DNA from: Tubiluchus corallicola
Taxonomy: Eukaryota > Animalia > Priapulida
Length of the DNA: 64,000 nucleotides
NCBI GenBank assembly: GCA_030141605.1
Contig: JAQGDQ010000835.1
Location: 1 to 64,000 of the forward strand
Reading direction: 5' to 3'
Position 1 is the first letter of the stretch, and the number at the start of each line of letters is the position of its first letter. The position numbers were made by a program, and so were the translations under genes. Positions 24,449 through 38,065 of the stretch are shown here, one piece after another. Under the pieces are notes generated by a model. It was not told the origin of the DNA. It searched no databases and saw nothing but the letters and a program-made list of their open reading frames with translations.

Positions 24449-25055
24449 AGGAAGACAAGATGATTTTTCATATACTACCCCATTTTCAACTCCGATAAAA
24501 AGTGTACATTTCTACGCAATTAATACTGCAGAAGCGTTTCTGATAATTAAATAATAGATTAAAAACTTAATTAATGGCGGGCGAGCCCAGCTATTGATGA
24601 CATCACAAACGAACGTAATTTTTAAACAGCAAAAACACTCCACTAGCGTGTTACACGTGTTTGCGAAAGCGAAAATTAAAGTGCAGTGCTGCTGTAAGAT
24701 GTTCAGTGTGTTGCAATAAAACTTATCAAGTTTTAATATTAAAAACTCAAATTTCTAACTAACTGCTGTGTTCACGCATAAGCAGTCCAACGTGTGTAGT
24801 TCGTTGCAATCTAACACATCTGAACTGACAGATGCAGCATCTGGTTTTGTGCAATGCGTTTCCGAAATGCAGGTGCTAGTGCCCGTCTAACTAGCGAATG
24901 GCGAAATGCATGTAACAGTGAAGAACTAGTGGCGCGAAATTGTGTTTGCTTGGTAATAATTCTTTCATTTTTGTAAAAAAATAGTGTTTTTCATTTCAAT
25001 ATTTTAAGGAGTAGTTTATTTTGACCTGCAGTTTAAGATTCGGCCTGGTTTTGCT
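24449..25055 (+). mobile_element. Kolobok-like MITE family B, full length
   Basis: TTAA|AGGAAGAC...GGTTTTGCT|TTAA; partial copies at ~10605-10740, 32260-32490, 37530-38065, 38660-38900, 42650-43020, 46480-47010 and 47400-47545. Confidence 0.8.
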
Positions 25056-27199
25056 TTAAGCTGATGAGTCAAAGACCATCAAAAGAAACATAGAACTGAA
25101 ATCTTAATTGAAAAATGATTTACCAGGAGTCAGCTGCTGCTTCTTCCTGAAACTGAGCTACTGAAAGTTGTACAGTATGCTAAATTGCACTCGGTACGTG
25201 GAAAAAGAAGCCGTGCCTTCCCGCTGGAGTGACAGTAGAGAAGGTTTCACTATCCAGAGGAGAGGATATCGTTACATTAGCAATTGATTTAGAACAGTGA
25301 GGAAAACTCAGTGATTTTGCTAGTTTAAAGTTACTTGTCACCAATGAATAAGCAATGGTGTTGTTTTCATACTAAATTCAGCGTAAAGTTCTCTTAAATG
25401 TAGCTATTAAGGCGCGACTAAGACTCGGATCTACATTCAGAATGGAAGTCACAAGGTAGCGAATATATATTAATGAGCATGTAGTCGTAGCTTGATTTTT
25501 ATCCGCGAGCATGGCAGATCTAAGAGAACCTATACATTGACCTCATTTGTTTGTTCATCACTTTGATAGTGTGATAATTGATTAAAATTTTGTCTTACGT
25601 TTATTAAGTATTTTACTTATTGAATTGTACCTATGTATTGTGTTATGCATTATGTGCTTTGTGTATGTTATAATAAATCGATTTAAATTTTGCTTACGTA
25701 GTATGGTGCATATGTATGTATTGTGAACATGTTGTATCTATGTATTCGATTGCCTTTAGTTTTATTTTTTGCACTAGTAGTTTATAGTTTTGCACCAGAC
25801 ACATTTGTGTTTAACAGTATATTAGTATTGGAAATATTTTTAACACCGAGGATTGTAATCTTATTGTAACCTATTTCATGGCAAATGGACTTCATGATTA
25901 TATCTATATTAGCTAGTTAGGTATCGAGTAAATACTTCAAAAACTATAGTAGGGATTCAGACGATGGTGTTGTTGGTATAGCTGAATTGCTTACAGGCCT
26001 GAGGCAGGAGCTGAAACATGGAGACTTGGCAAATTGCCTTATCACACATGAGTAAACCGCACTGGACAAGGCATAGTTAAGTGATCATTAATTACTGAAT
26101 ATAGAAAAACATTGAGACGAATCTTAAACTTTCCCAGAAATTATCATTCCAGCATGACATTCTGTATTACTGACATATCCTCTAGATATGCTCTTCCATA
26201 AGGGAATTTTAAAGCTCTGTTGTAACATAAATTTATCTGTTAATCCAGTTCTATGCTCATTGACTGTGTTAAACAACCATACTAGTATAAGTATACTCGT
26301 CAGAAACCATGTTAGAGCACGCGTGAGCCACCATACTTATGCCTATAGACCTGTTGACATAATAGCGTACATCATGTTCTGAACTTTGCATAATGAATGT
26401 GTAATTGAAGGTTTCACAGTTAATGGTATCAATGAAATGTTGTATTTGCTACTAACAACATAATGGATATACCAATGTAAATAGCACTTACTTACTCATT
26501 ATATATATATAATTATTAGTCACTAGCAACCGTGCACAGTGGTCACGCAATTAACACATGAGCGTAACAATCTATAATTTTTGACAACCACACCAACCAC
26601 GGCCAAAACCAAGAGCAACATTGCATCTATCACTTAACCATCTATCATCTATGGATCTGAGTTCATCTAGTCCTGTTATTTCAACTAAGCTAGCATCACT
26701 GTATAACATGTTATGAATTTTATATGCCATTATCTAGCCTGGTCATCACGCAATAGATAATTAAGCAATTCACGTCAAACGCGTCACCGAGTAAGATTGA
26801 CTTTAATTAAATTCGACATGTAGGTGTCATATACAGCATAATACAATGATGTCTACCGTTACAGCCAGAGCTCAATTATGACCGGCCCCTATGATCAACA
26901 ATTTGCGGCCCCTAGGCTAATGAAATTATGGGCTCCCTCAGACGGAGCCACCCTCTAATTTGCTCGCACTCGTTTCGGATATTCTTTACCTGAGTTATAC
27001 TTACTTCAACAACACTTGCACAGCTGAGGACCCCATATTTCAAATAAAGGGCTTCAAACAAGGCTAAAATAAAAGGCCCCAAACAGGGATCTTTTATCTC
27101 AAATGAGGAGCCAGTTTAAAATGTCATTATCAATTTACACAGTAACTTCACATCATTTACATTTTTAAAACAACAGCACTTTTATTAAAACTTAAATTT

Positions 27200-27550
27200 A
27201 CAATTGCTTAGAAACATGTCCAATCGATTCTACATCAATCAACCCTCATCATCAGTGGTACACTATACAAACAACAACCAGTTTATATAGGCAGAAACTA
27301 CAGTATAGAAAATTATGCATTAATTACGTATTTACAAAGAAGCCAAAGCAATGAATAAACAGACCTGTAGAACAGAAATAGATACAGCGACAAATACCTA
27401 ATTTTCTATAATGTGCACAATTTTTATACTGTAGGTTCTGCCTGTATAAAATGGTTTCAGTATAGAAAATTATGTACTAATTATGTATTTACAAACAAGC
27501 CAAAATAATGAATAAACAGGGCTTTAGAAAAGAAATAGATACAGCGACTA
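27200..27550 (-). mobile_element. Penelope-like pseudo-LTR fragments in direct and inverted arrangement
   Basis: The reverse complement matches 2090-2150 (ctgtag.ttctgcctatataaactggttg...accactgatgatga); duplicated cagtatagaaaattatg blocks flank an inverted piece. Confidence 0.55.
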
Positions 27551-27619
27551 TTCATGGCGAATTTGGTCCTATATTAGTTATTTTATAACATTGTACAGAT
27601 TGTATGAGAAGGCTATAGA

Positions 27620-27970
27620 TAGGCAGGAGAGAGAAACAGAGAGAGGGAAAAGAGGGAGAGTGAGAGAGGAGAGAGAAAGAGGAGGGAGGGAGAGAGAGAG
27701 AGAGAGGAGGGAGGGAGATAGAGATAGAAGGAGGGAGGGAGATAGAGATAGAAAGGAGGGAGGGAGGGAGACGGAGAAGAGGGAGAGTGAGAGAGAGAGA
27801 GAGAAAGAGGGAGGGAGAGAGAGAGAGAGAGAGGAGGGAGGGAGAGAGATAGAGATAGAAGGGAGGGAGATAGAGGAGGGAGGGCTATAGAGAAGAAAGA
27901 GGGAGATAGAGATAGAGAGGAGGGAGGGAGATAGAGAGGAGGGAGGGAGGGAGATAGAGAGAGTGAGCAG
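27620..27970. repeat. Polypurine (GA/GGA-rich) low-complexity tract
   Basis: About 350 bp almost purely A/G on the + strand. Confidence 0.95.
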
Positions 27971-28281
27971 AGGGGGAAACGCAAAAAGGGGAGCGCATGA
28001 GGAAAAAGATGGGGAGTAGTAGCAGGCGTGCATAAATGATAGAAAGTAGAGCAAACAAGAGAGTGAGAAGGAGATGAAGATGTATAAGGACGGAAGTTTT
28101 TCATTATCTTGCTTCGACGGAGCTTCCTATACAAATTTATCATTAAAATTGTGAAAATTCTTGTATACATGTTGACAGTCAACATCTTATTGAAAAAACT
28201 GAACATTAAATTTGATCATGCTGGGAATATCACTGGCCGTATGCAGGTCTCAATACAATACAGGCCAAGTAATATTACCCG

Positions 28282-28663
28282 CAGTGGCGTAGCAAGTGTT
28301 TGTAGCGCCTGCCGCCTGGGGACGAAAAACTTCTGGCGCCGTTACGCCGCTGTACCCTTCTAATGTTTGATCACTTGTTTCGTGGGTGAAGCCACAAATT
28401 ATACGCGTTTTTTGCGACGCGACGCTCTACGCACGTTAGTCTTTTTCTAGGCTGTATGTAGTAATTAAGTCAGCTACGTTGATACCTGATTAGGCAATTT
28501 TGTTATAATTTGAAGATATTTATCAATTGTTTTGTTAATGTCAAATTAGTTTATAATAATTAACACCCGGAGATTTACAATAATTAACAATTAATAAATA
28601 ACTCTCACCTTTACACCCGGAGACGATTGCCCCCCCTTTTGCCCCCACCTTGCTATGCCTCTG
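28282..28663. mobile_element. hAT-like MITE
   Basis: TIR cagtggcgtagcaag / cttgctatgcctctg; flanks attacccg/gtcacccg. Confidence 0.65.
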
Positions 28664-30559
28664 GTCACCCGCAGTTAAGTTGAGAAATTAATGTTAATTT
28701 ATGCATTATCACGCAAATTATGCTTGACTCAGCTAGTAGCTTTCTATTGATCCGGGTAGCTTTAGTTGATATTATACTGCAGTATGCTTTGCAAGCAATT
28801 AAAAGGTAAAACAATTCCGCAAAATTAAAACTTCCATGAAATAATAGCCTTTTGTAATTATTTTCGTTAATTTTACTCACCCTCAAAAAAATATAATTTA
28901 TGATACCAATGCACGACAACGTGTCAGGAAATAATAGTTCCACTGTTGCACAATCTATTGTCTTTCTTCCTATTATTTCCACTAACTCATCATTCTTCCT
29001 GTCGTGTGTGATCTAACCTTTCTCCCAGTTCCTTTTTTGTTCACTTTTTTTATCAAGTGCTGGTTCACTTGACAGTGGGCTTATACAAGCCTTTGCTTCT
29101 CTAGTCCACTGCAGTACAATTAATCTTTTATGATAACGATGGTGTATATAAGTTCAGCAGCAGATACACTTAAGACATGGTTTCAACTGACGAAAGGTTT
29201 CAAACTAAAAACTTTGCCCTTTAAAAACACACACACACACACTCGGAAACGCTGGGCGAGTATAATGCTTCTCAAAATAAAGTGGTGCAGGATTAGCATT
29301 AACCTCTCACAGAGAATGGTGACACAGCAGTTACATTCTTCTTCACGCCGAAAATACAAACCCTATGAGAAAGAGAGATCCAGTTTTCCGGACTTCCCAT
29401 GAGAAACTCACCTGAATAACGTGTACAATTTGGAAATGCTTTTCAATGAGCAGCAAGAAAAACGAGTGTACAAGCTAGCAAAATACCAAACATTCAAAAA
29501 TCATGATTTAAAAATGTTATATTTATGTTGATTTTCGTCTGTTCATCATTTGAACAGTCAGAATTCTATTTTAATTTGGCTTTTTAAATTTTCAAGTTTG
29601 TGTGTCACATTTTTGGTGGATTTGCAAAATATTTAAAAAAAATGGGTTTCGGAAATTTTGCGAGGGTGTGAAGTTTCCCGATGTGAAGCGGTACAAGATT
29701 TGTGCTTACCTCTCTGACAGAGAGTGCCGGCTGTCAATTGCTTTAACATTTTCTTCTCGCCAATCAACCCCCCCCCCCACCCTAGCAGAAACAGATCCAG
29801 TCAACCTGCAGTATTGTGTAATAATTTATGTTACCATGTATTACACGTCATTACATTGTACTAAATGTGATAATAATAAAAACCTCAAAACTTCAAAATA
29901 AGCAAGTTGCAAATAAAAAACATATTGTTTAGTATTTCGTTACTGTGGCAACCGTTGACTGTTTGTTGATGCACTACCCAAAATTTGTTAAGAAATATGT
30001 TGCTTTTGCACTAAATGATTGTACAGCAGCCACGAAGTTATCTTTTAAAAAGGAACACTTATATTAACAAAGTACTAGGGCCTATACTGAAAAGACATTA
30101 AAAAGGTATTATTTTAACATTTCAGTCATTACAATAATTATTTCTTACTTCCTGTAGTTTTTAAATTTTTTCCATTTCTTATTGTTTGAAATCAAAAATC
30201 AGCTTTGGAGAAATGAGTCATGATGCAAGCATTTTTATGGAGAAACCAACGTGAATCGACCATTGTTTATTTACTAACCGCAGATATGTGAATAACTTCA
30301 GTTCTTAACATAAAGATGCTTCTTTATTCAAAGTTAAACGCTCTTTCTCATGGATTCGTGGGTTTTTGTCTTCAGTTTCTACTGCGCAGTGAGAGTTTCT
30401 TCTTTGTGGTTGAACTGATTAATGGAAAGGTTTAATCAAGTGGACTGTCTTTCCGGTAATCAGACCATGAGTAAAAGAGCACCTGTTAAACTATGTTAAA
30501 AGCGTTAGACTATGATAGATAATTATGCTGATGAATGCTGGCATGAAGCCCAGTTAAGG

Positions 30560-30791
30560 TGTGGTGTCACGTGAGCAAGTGATTCAGTACCGAAGCATAG
30601 GCGTCGATGCGTGGAAGCTCGGCGCACGAGATATAAGCCTTGTGATGCGCCCAGCTCAGGCGATTGAGTCTCGGAAGTGAAGGAGAGCAGGCTAGGTCAG
30701 GGGGCTTGGCATTACTATCTCTTATATTTATTGCGTTTGATGTTCAATAAGCGTGTAGTTTTATAATCTGACTCTTCATAGTTTTGCCACC
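30560..30791 (+). mobile_element. Possible solo LTR
   Basis: TGTGG start, ...GCCAC end, internal TATAA and AATAAG; no TSD found. Confidence 0.3.
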
Positions 30792-30799
30792 CCTAAATC

Positions 30800-31680
30800 A
30801 CCAATAATTAGCTTTACACGCCCAATATGACGATTTATTTTACTCCATGGCCCGTCCAGTTAAGTCTTCTGCATTTTATCTTCCTGGTTCGTTTTTTTCC
30901 TTAACTCTGTCGTACAAATCTTTGTTACTTATAATATTTGGCAGTTTTACTTGCAATAATGATCTGTATAAGCGTCGTTGAAATGCATCTGTCTTCAGCT
31001 GATTATTTACTTTCAAGATTCATAATTCCTAATTGTATAAAAAATGGAAGATATGTAAGCGTTGAATATCCTAAGCTTACAACTTAGACTAATATTCTAG
31101 CTATTGAAGATGTTTTTAAGTTTTGAGAAAGCCGCTAGTACCAGGCCAATATCTTCTTTCTTTTGATATCTTCTTCAGTATCAGACAGTCTGCCAGGATA
31201 TTTACATTTCTGGATTCATCGAATATTTTCTTTCTTTTGATATCTTCTTCAGTATCAGACAGTCTGCCAAGATATTTGCATTTCTAGATTCATTGAATAT
31301 TTTCTTTCTTTTGATATTTTCTTCAGTATCAGACAGTCTGCCAAGATATTTGCATTTCTGGATTCATCGAATATTTTCTTTCTTTTCATATCTTCTTCAG
31401 TATCAGACAGTCTGCCAAGATATTTGCATTTCTAGATTCATTGAATATTTTCTTTCTTTTGATATTTTCTTCAGTATCAGACAGTCTGCCATGATAATTT
31501 GCATTTTTGGATTCATATTTTCTTTCTTTTCATATCTTCTTCAGTATCAGACAGTCTGCCAAGATATTTGCATTTCTAGATTCATTGAATATTTTCTTTC
31601 TTTTGATATTTTCTTCAGTATCAGACAGTCTGCCATGATAATCTGCATTTTTGGTTTCGTCTTTGTGATTAATGTGAAAC
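30800..31680 (-). mobile_element. RTE-clade LINE ORF2 remnant with an internal 74-bp tandem amplification
   Basis: The - strand reads KCKYLG..EEDIKR..AAFSKLKNIF..KLRIFN..RRLNWTGH with stops. Confidence 0.7.
31155..31660. repeat. 74-bp tandem repeat, 7 copies
   Basis: cagtatcagacagtctgcc at 31176, 31250, 31324, 31398, 31472, 31542 and 31616. Confidence 0.95.
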
Positions 31681-33256
31681 TCCTCAGTGTTGCTTTCATT
31701 TATTTTAAATTCATATTTGTTTCAGGGAGACTGTAGGTGACTGTAGCATTATTTCAGTAACTATTTAAGACTACTAATTTTCATAACTCGTACTTTATTC
31801 AACCCTATCTTGAATAACGAGGGCGTTTCAAAACTTCGTGCTATGACACCACGTAATATTTAACTAACACGAGTTATAGCTTGCACTTAGTTTTTTGACG
31901 TTTTTGAGAGAGGCCTGGCTTAGTGGTTATGATGTAATCTATACAGCAGTACAGCACGCACAGTGTTAAGCACTGCTCGATTTGTGATAGGAATTGGTGG
32001 GTGAATACCATAAGGCAAGTCTGTGGGACTTTATTATTTTCTCATATTATCTCCAGCCATTTCTTTGCTTTGTGGAGGACTCAGAACTTGTCCAAAATAG
32101 GGTTGTTTGGTGTCAAATTCTTTTGATAGTGAGCGAGATTTCACATCAGTCACAATTACCTATATTAAATGCACCTTCCCATTGACTGTCGAATTAATGA
32201 TACATTATGTGGTCATTAACTCAAACTGACAAACATAAACTTTTCAGTTGAATTCGATTCTCATTTCAATTTTCGCTTTCACAAACAAGTCCAACACGCT
32301 AATGGAATATTTTTGATGTTGAAAATTGTTAGTTTGTGATGTCATCAATAGTTGAGCTCGCCTGCCGTTAATTAAGATTTTAATCTATTATTTAATTATC
32401 AGAAACGCTTTGCATTATTAATCGTGTTAAAATGTATACTTTTTAGACTTGATAATGGGGTAGTGTATAAAAAAGCATCCTCTCTATCTTAATGATGGTG
32501 CCTCTATTAAGCAATAGAGTGATTAAATTTGAAACTGAAGTAATTAAAAATCTTGCTCATTTGTTACTGGGCGCACACAATTCAATTCAAATTTAATTTA
32601 AAAGGTTTATCTCTAATATATTATTTATAGCCCAAATACAACAAATTATGTAAAGTGTGTAGAAATGGGGTGGCGAAAGACCAGGAGGTCATCGAGTCAG
32701 CCACCCCTATATAACTTAGGAATAGTATAAAGCACGGCAGGCAGACGACATGGTTAAGTGAATAATATGTAGTTAGATCTTAAGTGTAGCAAATAAACAA
32801 AATGCAATGCAGTTATATTATAATTATACCAATGGAAAAAAGAAAGCAAATAATGCAGTTAAATATTAAAACAACAACTGAACAAGTCATGAATGCAACA
32901 ACAAAAAAGCAAGTAATCTGGTTAAATCATAAATGCAGCGAATGAACTAAAATGCAGCAAATGAACGAAAATGTAGTTAAATCATGAATGCACAATAAAA
33001 AAAAAACAAGGAAGAAAATTTGTGCAGTAAGTCTTAAATAAAGTAAATGAACAAAAGCAATCACGGTAAAAAATGTGTCTGAAAAAAGCTGTACAAGGAA
33101 TAGACGTACGTTATCCGATAGATCCTAAACAGGCCTACGTGCATAATTATTTTCATATTCGTAATTCACAAACGTGTTTTCCGGCTTTCGCTTCGTTTGT
33201 GACCCGAATTAGCACTGACCCTGGCGAGTCTGATTGGGGAAACGCTGTAGTGCACA

Positions 33257-33535
33257 AAGGGCCTATTTCAGGGGGAGAAGTGGGGATACTTCCCCGGGGC
33301 GTCACCCTCCAGGGGTGACAAGTATTAAGGACTCGTGTTAAGAATAAAGCAGTTTTTCTTTCAATTGTTCTTTCCTTTCACAACTGTATGACTCCATATT
33401 TCTCCGGCGTTCTAGCAGTTCAAAAAATTTCTGGGCGCTAACCATGGTGCCTGCGCTTCGACACCTCCCCCCCCCCCCGAGGGGGCCTCACACGCCTCAC
33501 TTCCCCGGGCCTCGCTTAGGCTGAAATAGGCCCTG
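33257..33535. mobile_element. hAT-like MITE
   Basis: Perfect 8-bp TSD agtgcaca; TIR agggcctatttcag / ctgaaataggccct. Confidence 0.85.
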
Positions 33536-34062
33536 AGTGCACAATATATAAAACCTGGCTCACTTTCAAATTTTGTTCTTAATTTGGCCCGATTACGAAA
33601 GGACGATAAAGCTGTTTAAAAATTTAACGCCTAGGCCTATAAGCAGGCTATGATTTACATGAATAAAATATGAGAATGAAATTCAACTTACTTCGTTTGC
33701 CTCGAGATGCTTTATTTGACCGTACCACTTAGTCCGTGGTTTACGTCTATAACACACCTAACAGCTAGTGTTTTCTGCTGCAAATTCTGTAGTCTTTCAA
33801 AGTGACCATGGCGGGTGGATTGATCGATATCGCAAGCCCTCAACGTACTGTGCGATTCTGCGTCCGAAATGCAGTCGAGTTTCGAGTGTTTGGAGACACC
33901 CGGCTTCTCTAATATATATGATTGTAGCGGGAGACTGAAGCCAAAATTATCAAAATGAATCCTCCGCGTGAGAGGATTTTACAGCAGTTATTATAACAGC
34001 TCACACTGCTTGTGACTGTCATCTGATTCAGTGTTTCATGCAAGAATTGGACAGTTTAGTCA

Positions 34063-34800
34063 CTTGTGTCATCAAAACATCAAGGTCACCATACAAGGCC
34101 GGCACTAGGCAGTTTGACGCCGTAGGCAAAAGCATTTTAGCACCACATTAGTCTCTTGTGTCATCAAAACATCAAGGTCACCATCCAAGGCCGGCTCTAG
34201 GCAGTTTGACGCCGTAGGCAAAAGCATTTTAGCACCACATTAGTCTCTTGTGTCATCAAAACATCGAGGTCACCATCCAAGGCCGGCTCTAGGCAGTTTG
34301 ACGCCGTAGGCAAAAGCATTTTAGCACCTCCTTAGTCTCTTGTGTCACCAAAGCATCAAGGTCACCATCCTAGGCCGGCACTAGGCAGTTTGACGCCGTA
34401 GGCAAAAGCATTTTAGCACCACATTAGTCTCTTGTGTCATCAAAACATCAAGGTCACCATCCAAGGCCGGCTCTAGGCAGTTTGACGACGTAGGCAAAAG
34501 CATTTTAGCACCTCCTTAGTCTCTTGTGTCATCAAAACATCAAGGTCACCATCCAAGGCCGGCTCTAGGCAGTTTGACGCCGTAGGCAAAAGTATTTTAG
34601 CACCTCCTTAGTCTCTTGTGTCACCAAAGCATCAAGGTCACCATCCAAGGCCAGCCCTAGGCAGTTTGACGCGTCAGGTAAGTATTTTAGCACCACATTA
34701 GTCTCTTGTGTCATCAAAACATCAAGGTCACCATCCAAGGCCAGCCCTAGGCAGTTTTACGCGTCAGGTGAGTATTTTTAGCATCCCATTAGTCTCTTGT
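34063..34800. repeat. 92-bp minisatellite, 8 copies
   Basis: Units start every 92 bp (gtgtca at 34066, 34158, 34250, 34342, 34434, 34526, 34618, then 34708). Confidence 0.95.
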
Positions 34801-35014
34801 CAAGCCCTTCCCTATGATCCCCGTTCGCCCACTCACAAAATTGAATTTTTGTTTCATGTAATATCATGTTTTATCCGGTCACCGTTTCCTTTTAATTCGC
34901 GTAGAAAATGTGTACGACCGAATCCCAGCAGAATTATTAAATATAAAATATTGTGAGTGCGCATTAGATGTCGGAAGAAATACTGTCAATAATGCCGTCC
35001 GTGGTGAACTGAGT

Positions 35015-35310
35015 CCACCATAAATGTCTTCGGAAAAGGCTAAAAATATCCTATCGCGACCATGTTACCAATGTGGAAGTCCTACAGCAGGCGCAGTCAA
35101 GATGGTTGCTGGAAATAGTCGCAGAGAGAAGGCTGAGATTGGCTGGACATAATCTACGCCTACCGGAACAACACCACTCCAAAATAGCGTTACGCTGGGA
35201 ACCACCTGGTGGAAAAAGGAAAAGAGGACGGTCAAAAACAACGTGGCGCAGATCTTTTAAACAAGACCTTCAGGCTATGAACAGACGTTGGGAGAACATC
35301 GAGTAAAAAC
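35015..35310 (+). mobile_element. RTE-clade LINE 3' ORF2 fragment
   Basis: ISYRDHVTN.EVL..RRLRLAGH.LR...ALRWEPPGGKRKRGRSKTTWRR is a typical RTE C-terminus. Confidence 0.8.
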
Positions 35311-35804
35311 GTTCTATATTACACTGGTTTCTCACATCTCGGGGAAAACCGGCTCGTGATGCATGAAGCCCAGTTCACTCGTGCAATAAAGTTCAAGCTA
35401 CAATTAAGCGGCCTACAACGATTATTCGAAGTATAAAATTACAGAAAAACAGGCAGGAATAATAACGAAAACAATTTATTCGTTGCGCACTTATTGCAAG
35501 TTCAAACCAGAATTTAAGCAAGAAAACTATTTACATTTTATAAACAAGAAATATGAAAAAATCATGATCATGAATAAGTGCGCAGTTTTTTGGCTACTAT
35601 AGTTATAATGCAATAGATTTGTTTTGTACTTTTGTATTTTCTTATATGTATTTCATCAAAATGTAATGTATATGCCAATAATAAAATTCTAAATTCTGTA
35701 ATATAATATAATATAATTTACCTGTGCGTTGGGCTCACACATGCATTAAAGTGCACTAATTAACTTTTGTTAATTACGTTTCTACAGTTCATGTTGATTT
35801 GATT

Positions 35805-35980
35805 TAAACTTCAACTCATTTTGAAAACTTTACTCATTTTGAAAACTTCACTCATTTTGAAACTTCACTCAATCTGAAAACATTTTGAAAATTCACCCAT
35901 TTTGAAAACTTCACTCATGTTGAAAACTTCACTCATTTTGAAAACTTCACTCATGTTGAAAACTTCACTCATTTTGAAAT
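35805..35980. repeat. About 18-20-bp tandem repeat aaaacttcactcattttg
   Basis: Directly visible. Confidence 0.85.
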
Positions 35981-37529
35981 TGAATTTATGACCCACTGTA
36001 TGTCCCGGGCTTCCAGGAGTAATCAAAATTTCTGTCATCTCTGGTAGGGGTGCTGATAGTTCATTAGCAACACGTTTGCTGCCTTTCTGGTTGCTTGTGT
36101 TACACTGGTGAAAGGTTCAATTTTTATAGATTTATCTGCTATAATTAGATAAACGTTAATATAAGGAACGTTTTTTTTATAAAATGAAGAGCTCTTACTT
36201 ACCTACTGCTTTCTCATACAAACAATAAACTGTGCAAAATCAAGATCTTCAGTAGTGTCTGCACGCAATCACGTAATCTTGAGAAGCCAGGTAAAGTAAA
36301 GGTAGAAAGTGCTGAGAGAAGAGAGCCACGTGAATGAATCATATTTCGACAGTAAAATAACGCAAGCAGTAACTACTCTCTCCAAGCAACACACCTGGCT
36401 TTATTGCACCCATGCTAGTCTGGGAGGAAGCACGTCTCTGCCCGTTTGCAATTAAAGTGCTATTGATTTTGTTGACGTAGAGATGTATGAATTAAAAAGC
36501 CGCAATTCAAAATGTAGTCACTCCCTTTCAACTTTAAAAAAAACCGCCAGAAAAGAAAATATTTCAAAAGAATTGAGAGTAACACAGTTTGATAATGGTA
36601 ATCACCTGCATTCTTTTTCCACAGTAAACTTAATAAAACGTGACTATGCTCAACAGGTTACTGAACACTTTATAATCATGATCACAGTTTTTCTTAGTTC
36701 TTGCTCCATTTCATCTTTCATTCACTACTCCCCCCACACTTTTATGTATATATTATCATCATTTCAATTATTAATCATTTCTTTAAGATTTCCACGTACA
36801 GTTTGGCCTGTCAAGCTATGCTTTTAGGCTCAAACTGTATGCATTAAAATTACTCTGTAATGTAATTTGCACATGTATATGCTGCATAAGAATCTCTTTT
36901 GTAATTTCTGGATAATGTTGCATTTATATTTATATTTACTTCAGTGAAATTATCTGTATTTTTATTATAACTGTTAGATGCAGAGTGGAAATAAATAAAC
37001 TTATAAACTTGTATTTCCTATGTAGACCCAAATTTTCGAATGAAACTTCGACTTTTGACTCGTAACACGTACACTGATGCTTGTAAATTCTTGTATTTCA
37101 GGTCAGAATCAGGATAGAAATACAGTACAAAATAATCCTGTAAAAGGCCTCAAAAGAAATCAAAAATTTATTTACAATAATTACAAAAAAGTAAAGAAAT
37201 CGTGACCAACAACATGGCAGGTAGAAATTACAAAGTTACAGAGAAACCCTAGCTTAGTGAATAAGACAAACTACAGAGAAAGCGAGCAAAGTTTGTCGAA
37301 CATTTTTTTTTAAAAAATTAAATTTTATTTTTCCGAGAAATGAGAAAACAACTCAATTAGTTATTGAGTGTAATTTTTAAAGGTGCCCACGTTCAGAATT
37401 TCACTCAACAGAAAGCTGAGTATGTAACAAAAGCTGACATAAATATCTCATCAACATGGTGTACATTGAAAATTGTATATTGCTGAAACTATTGCAGCGA
37501 AAAGACAATAATGTTATGTAACTTTTTAA

Positions 37530-38065
37530 AGCAAAACCGGACCTAATCTTAAACTGTAGGTCAAAACAATCTACTCTTTAAAATACTACAAGGAAACATA
37601 CTATTTTTTTCAAAAACGACTTATGTGAAAGAATTATCACCACACAAACACAATTTCGCGTTTGCGCCACTAGTTTTTTGCTGTTACTGCATTTCGCCAT
37701 TTGCTAGTTAGATAGGCACTGGTGCCTGCATTTTGGAAACACATTGCACATGAAACAGTTGCTGTACCTCTCAGTTCAGATGTGTTAGTTTGTGAAGAAC
37801 TGGTAGCGCATGCGTGAGCAAAATGGTAAATTTGAAATTTGAATTTTTATCTTAAAATTTGCAGAGTCTTAGTACAACACATTGAATATTTTATAGCAGC
37901 AGTGAAATTCAATTTTCACTTTCGCATTCACGTGCAACATGCTCAAATAATGTTCGTGCTATTGAAAATTATGTTAGTTTGTGATGTCATCAATAGTTGG
38001 GCTCACACGCCGTTAATTAAGTTTTCGATCTATTATTTGATTGCCAGAAATGCTTTTGCAGTATT
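37530..38065 (-). mobile_element. Kolobok-like MITE family B copy
   Basis: TTAA|AGCAAAACCGG end; reverse complement of 24520-25055. Confidence 0.75.

Noticed and set aside
25061-25090. CTGATGA-GTC-AAA-GAC hammerhead-like start (also ctgaaga..gaaac at ~20846)
   Set aside because: GAAA does not follow stem II directly and no stems I/III can be formed
27578-28206. S/L/P-rich and R/E/G-rich ORFs up to 197 aa
   Set aside because: Translations of the polypurine tract
34063-34800. CRISPR-like regularly spaced repeats (also 8640-9448, 13620-14185, 31155-31660, 55372-55870)
   Set aside because: Whole units repeat with no unique spacers, there are no cas genes and the context is eukaryotic; these are minisatellites
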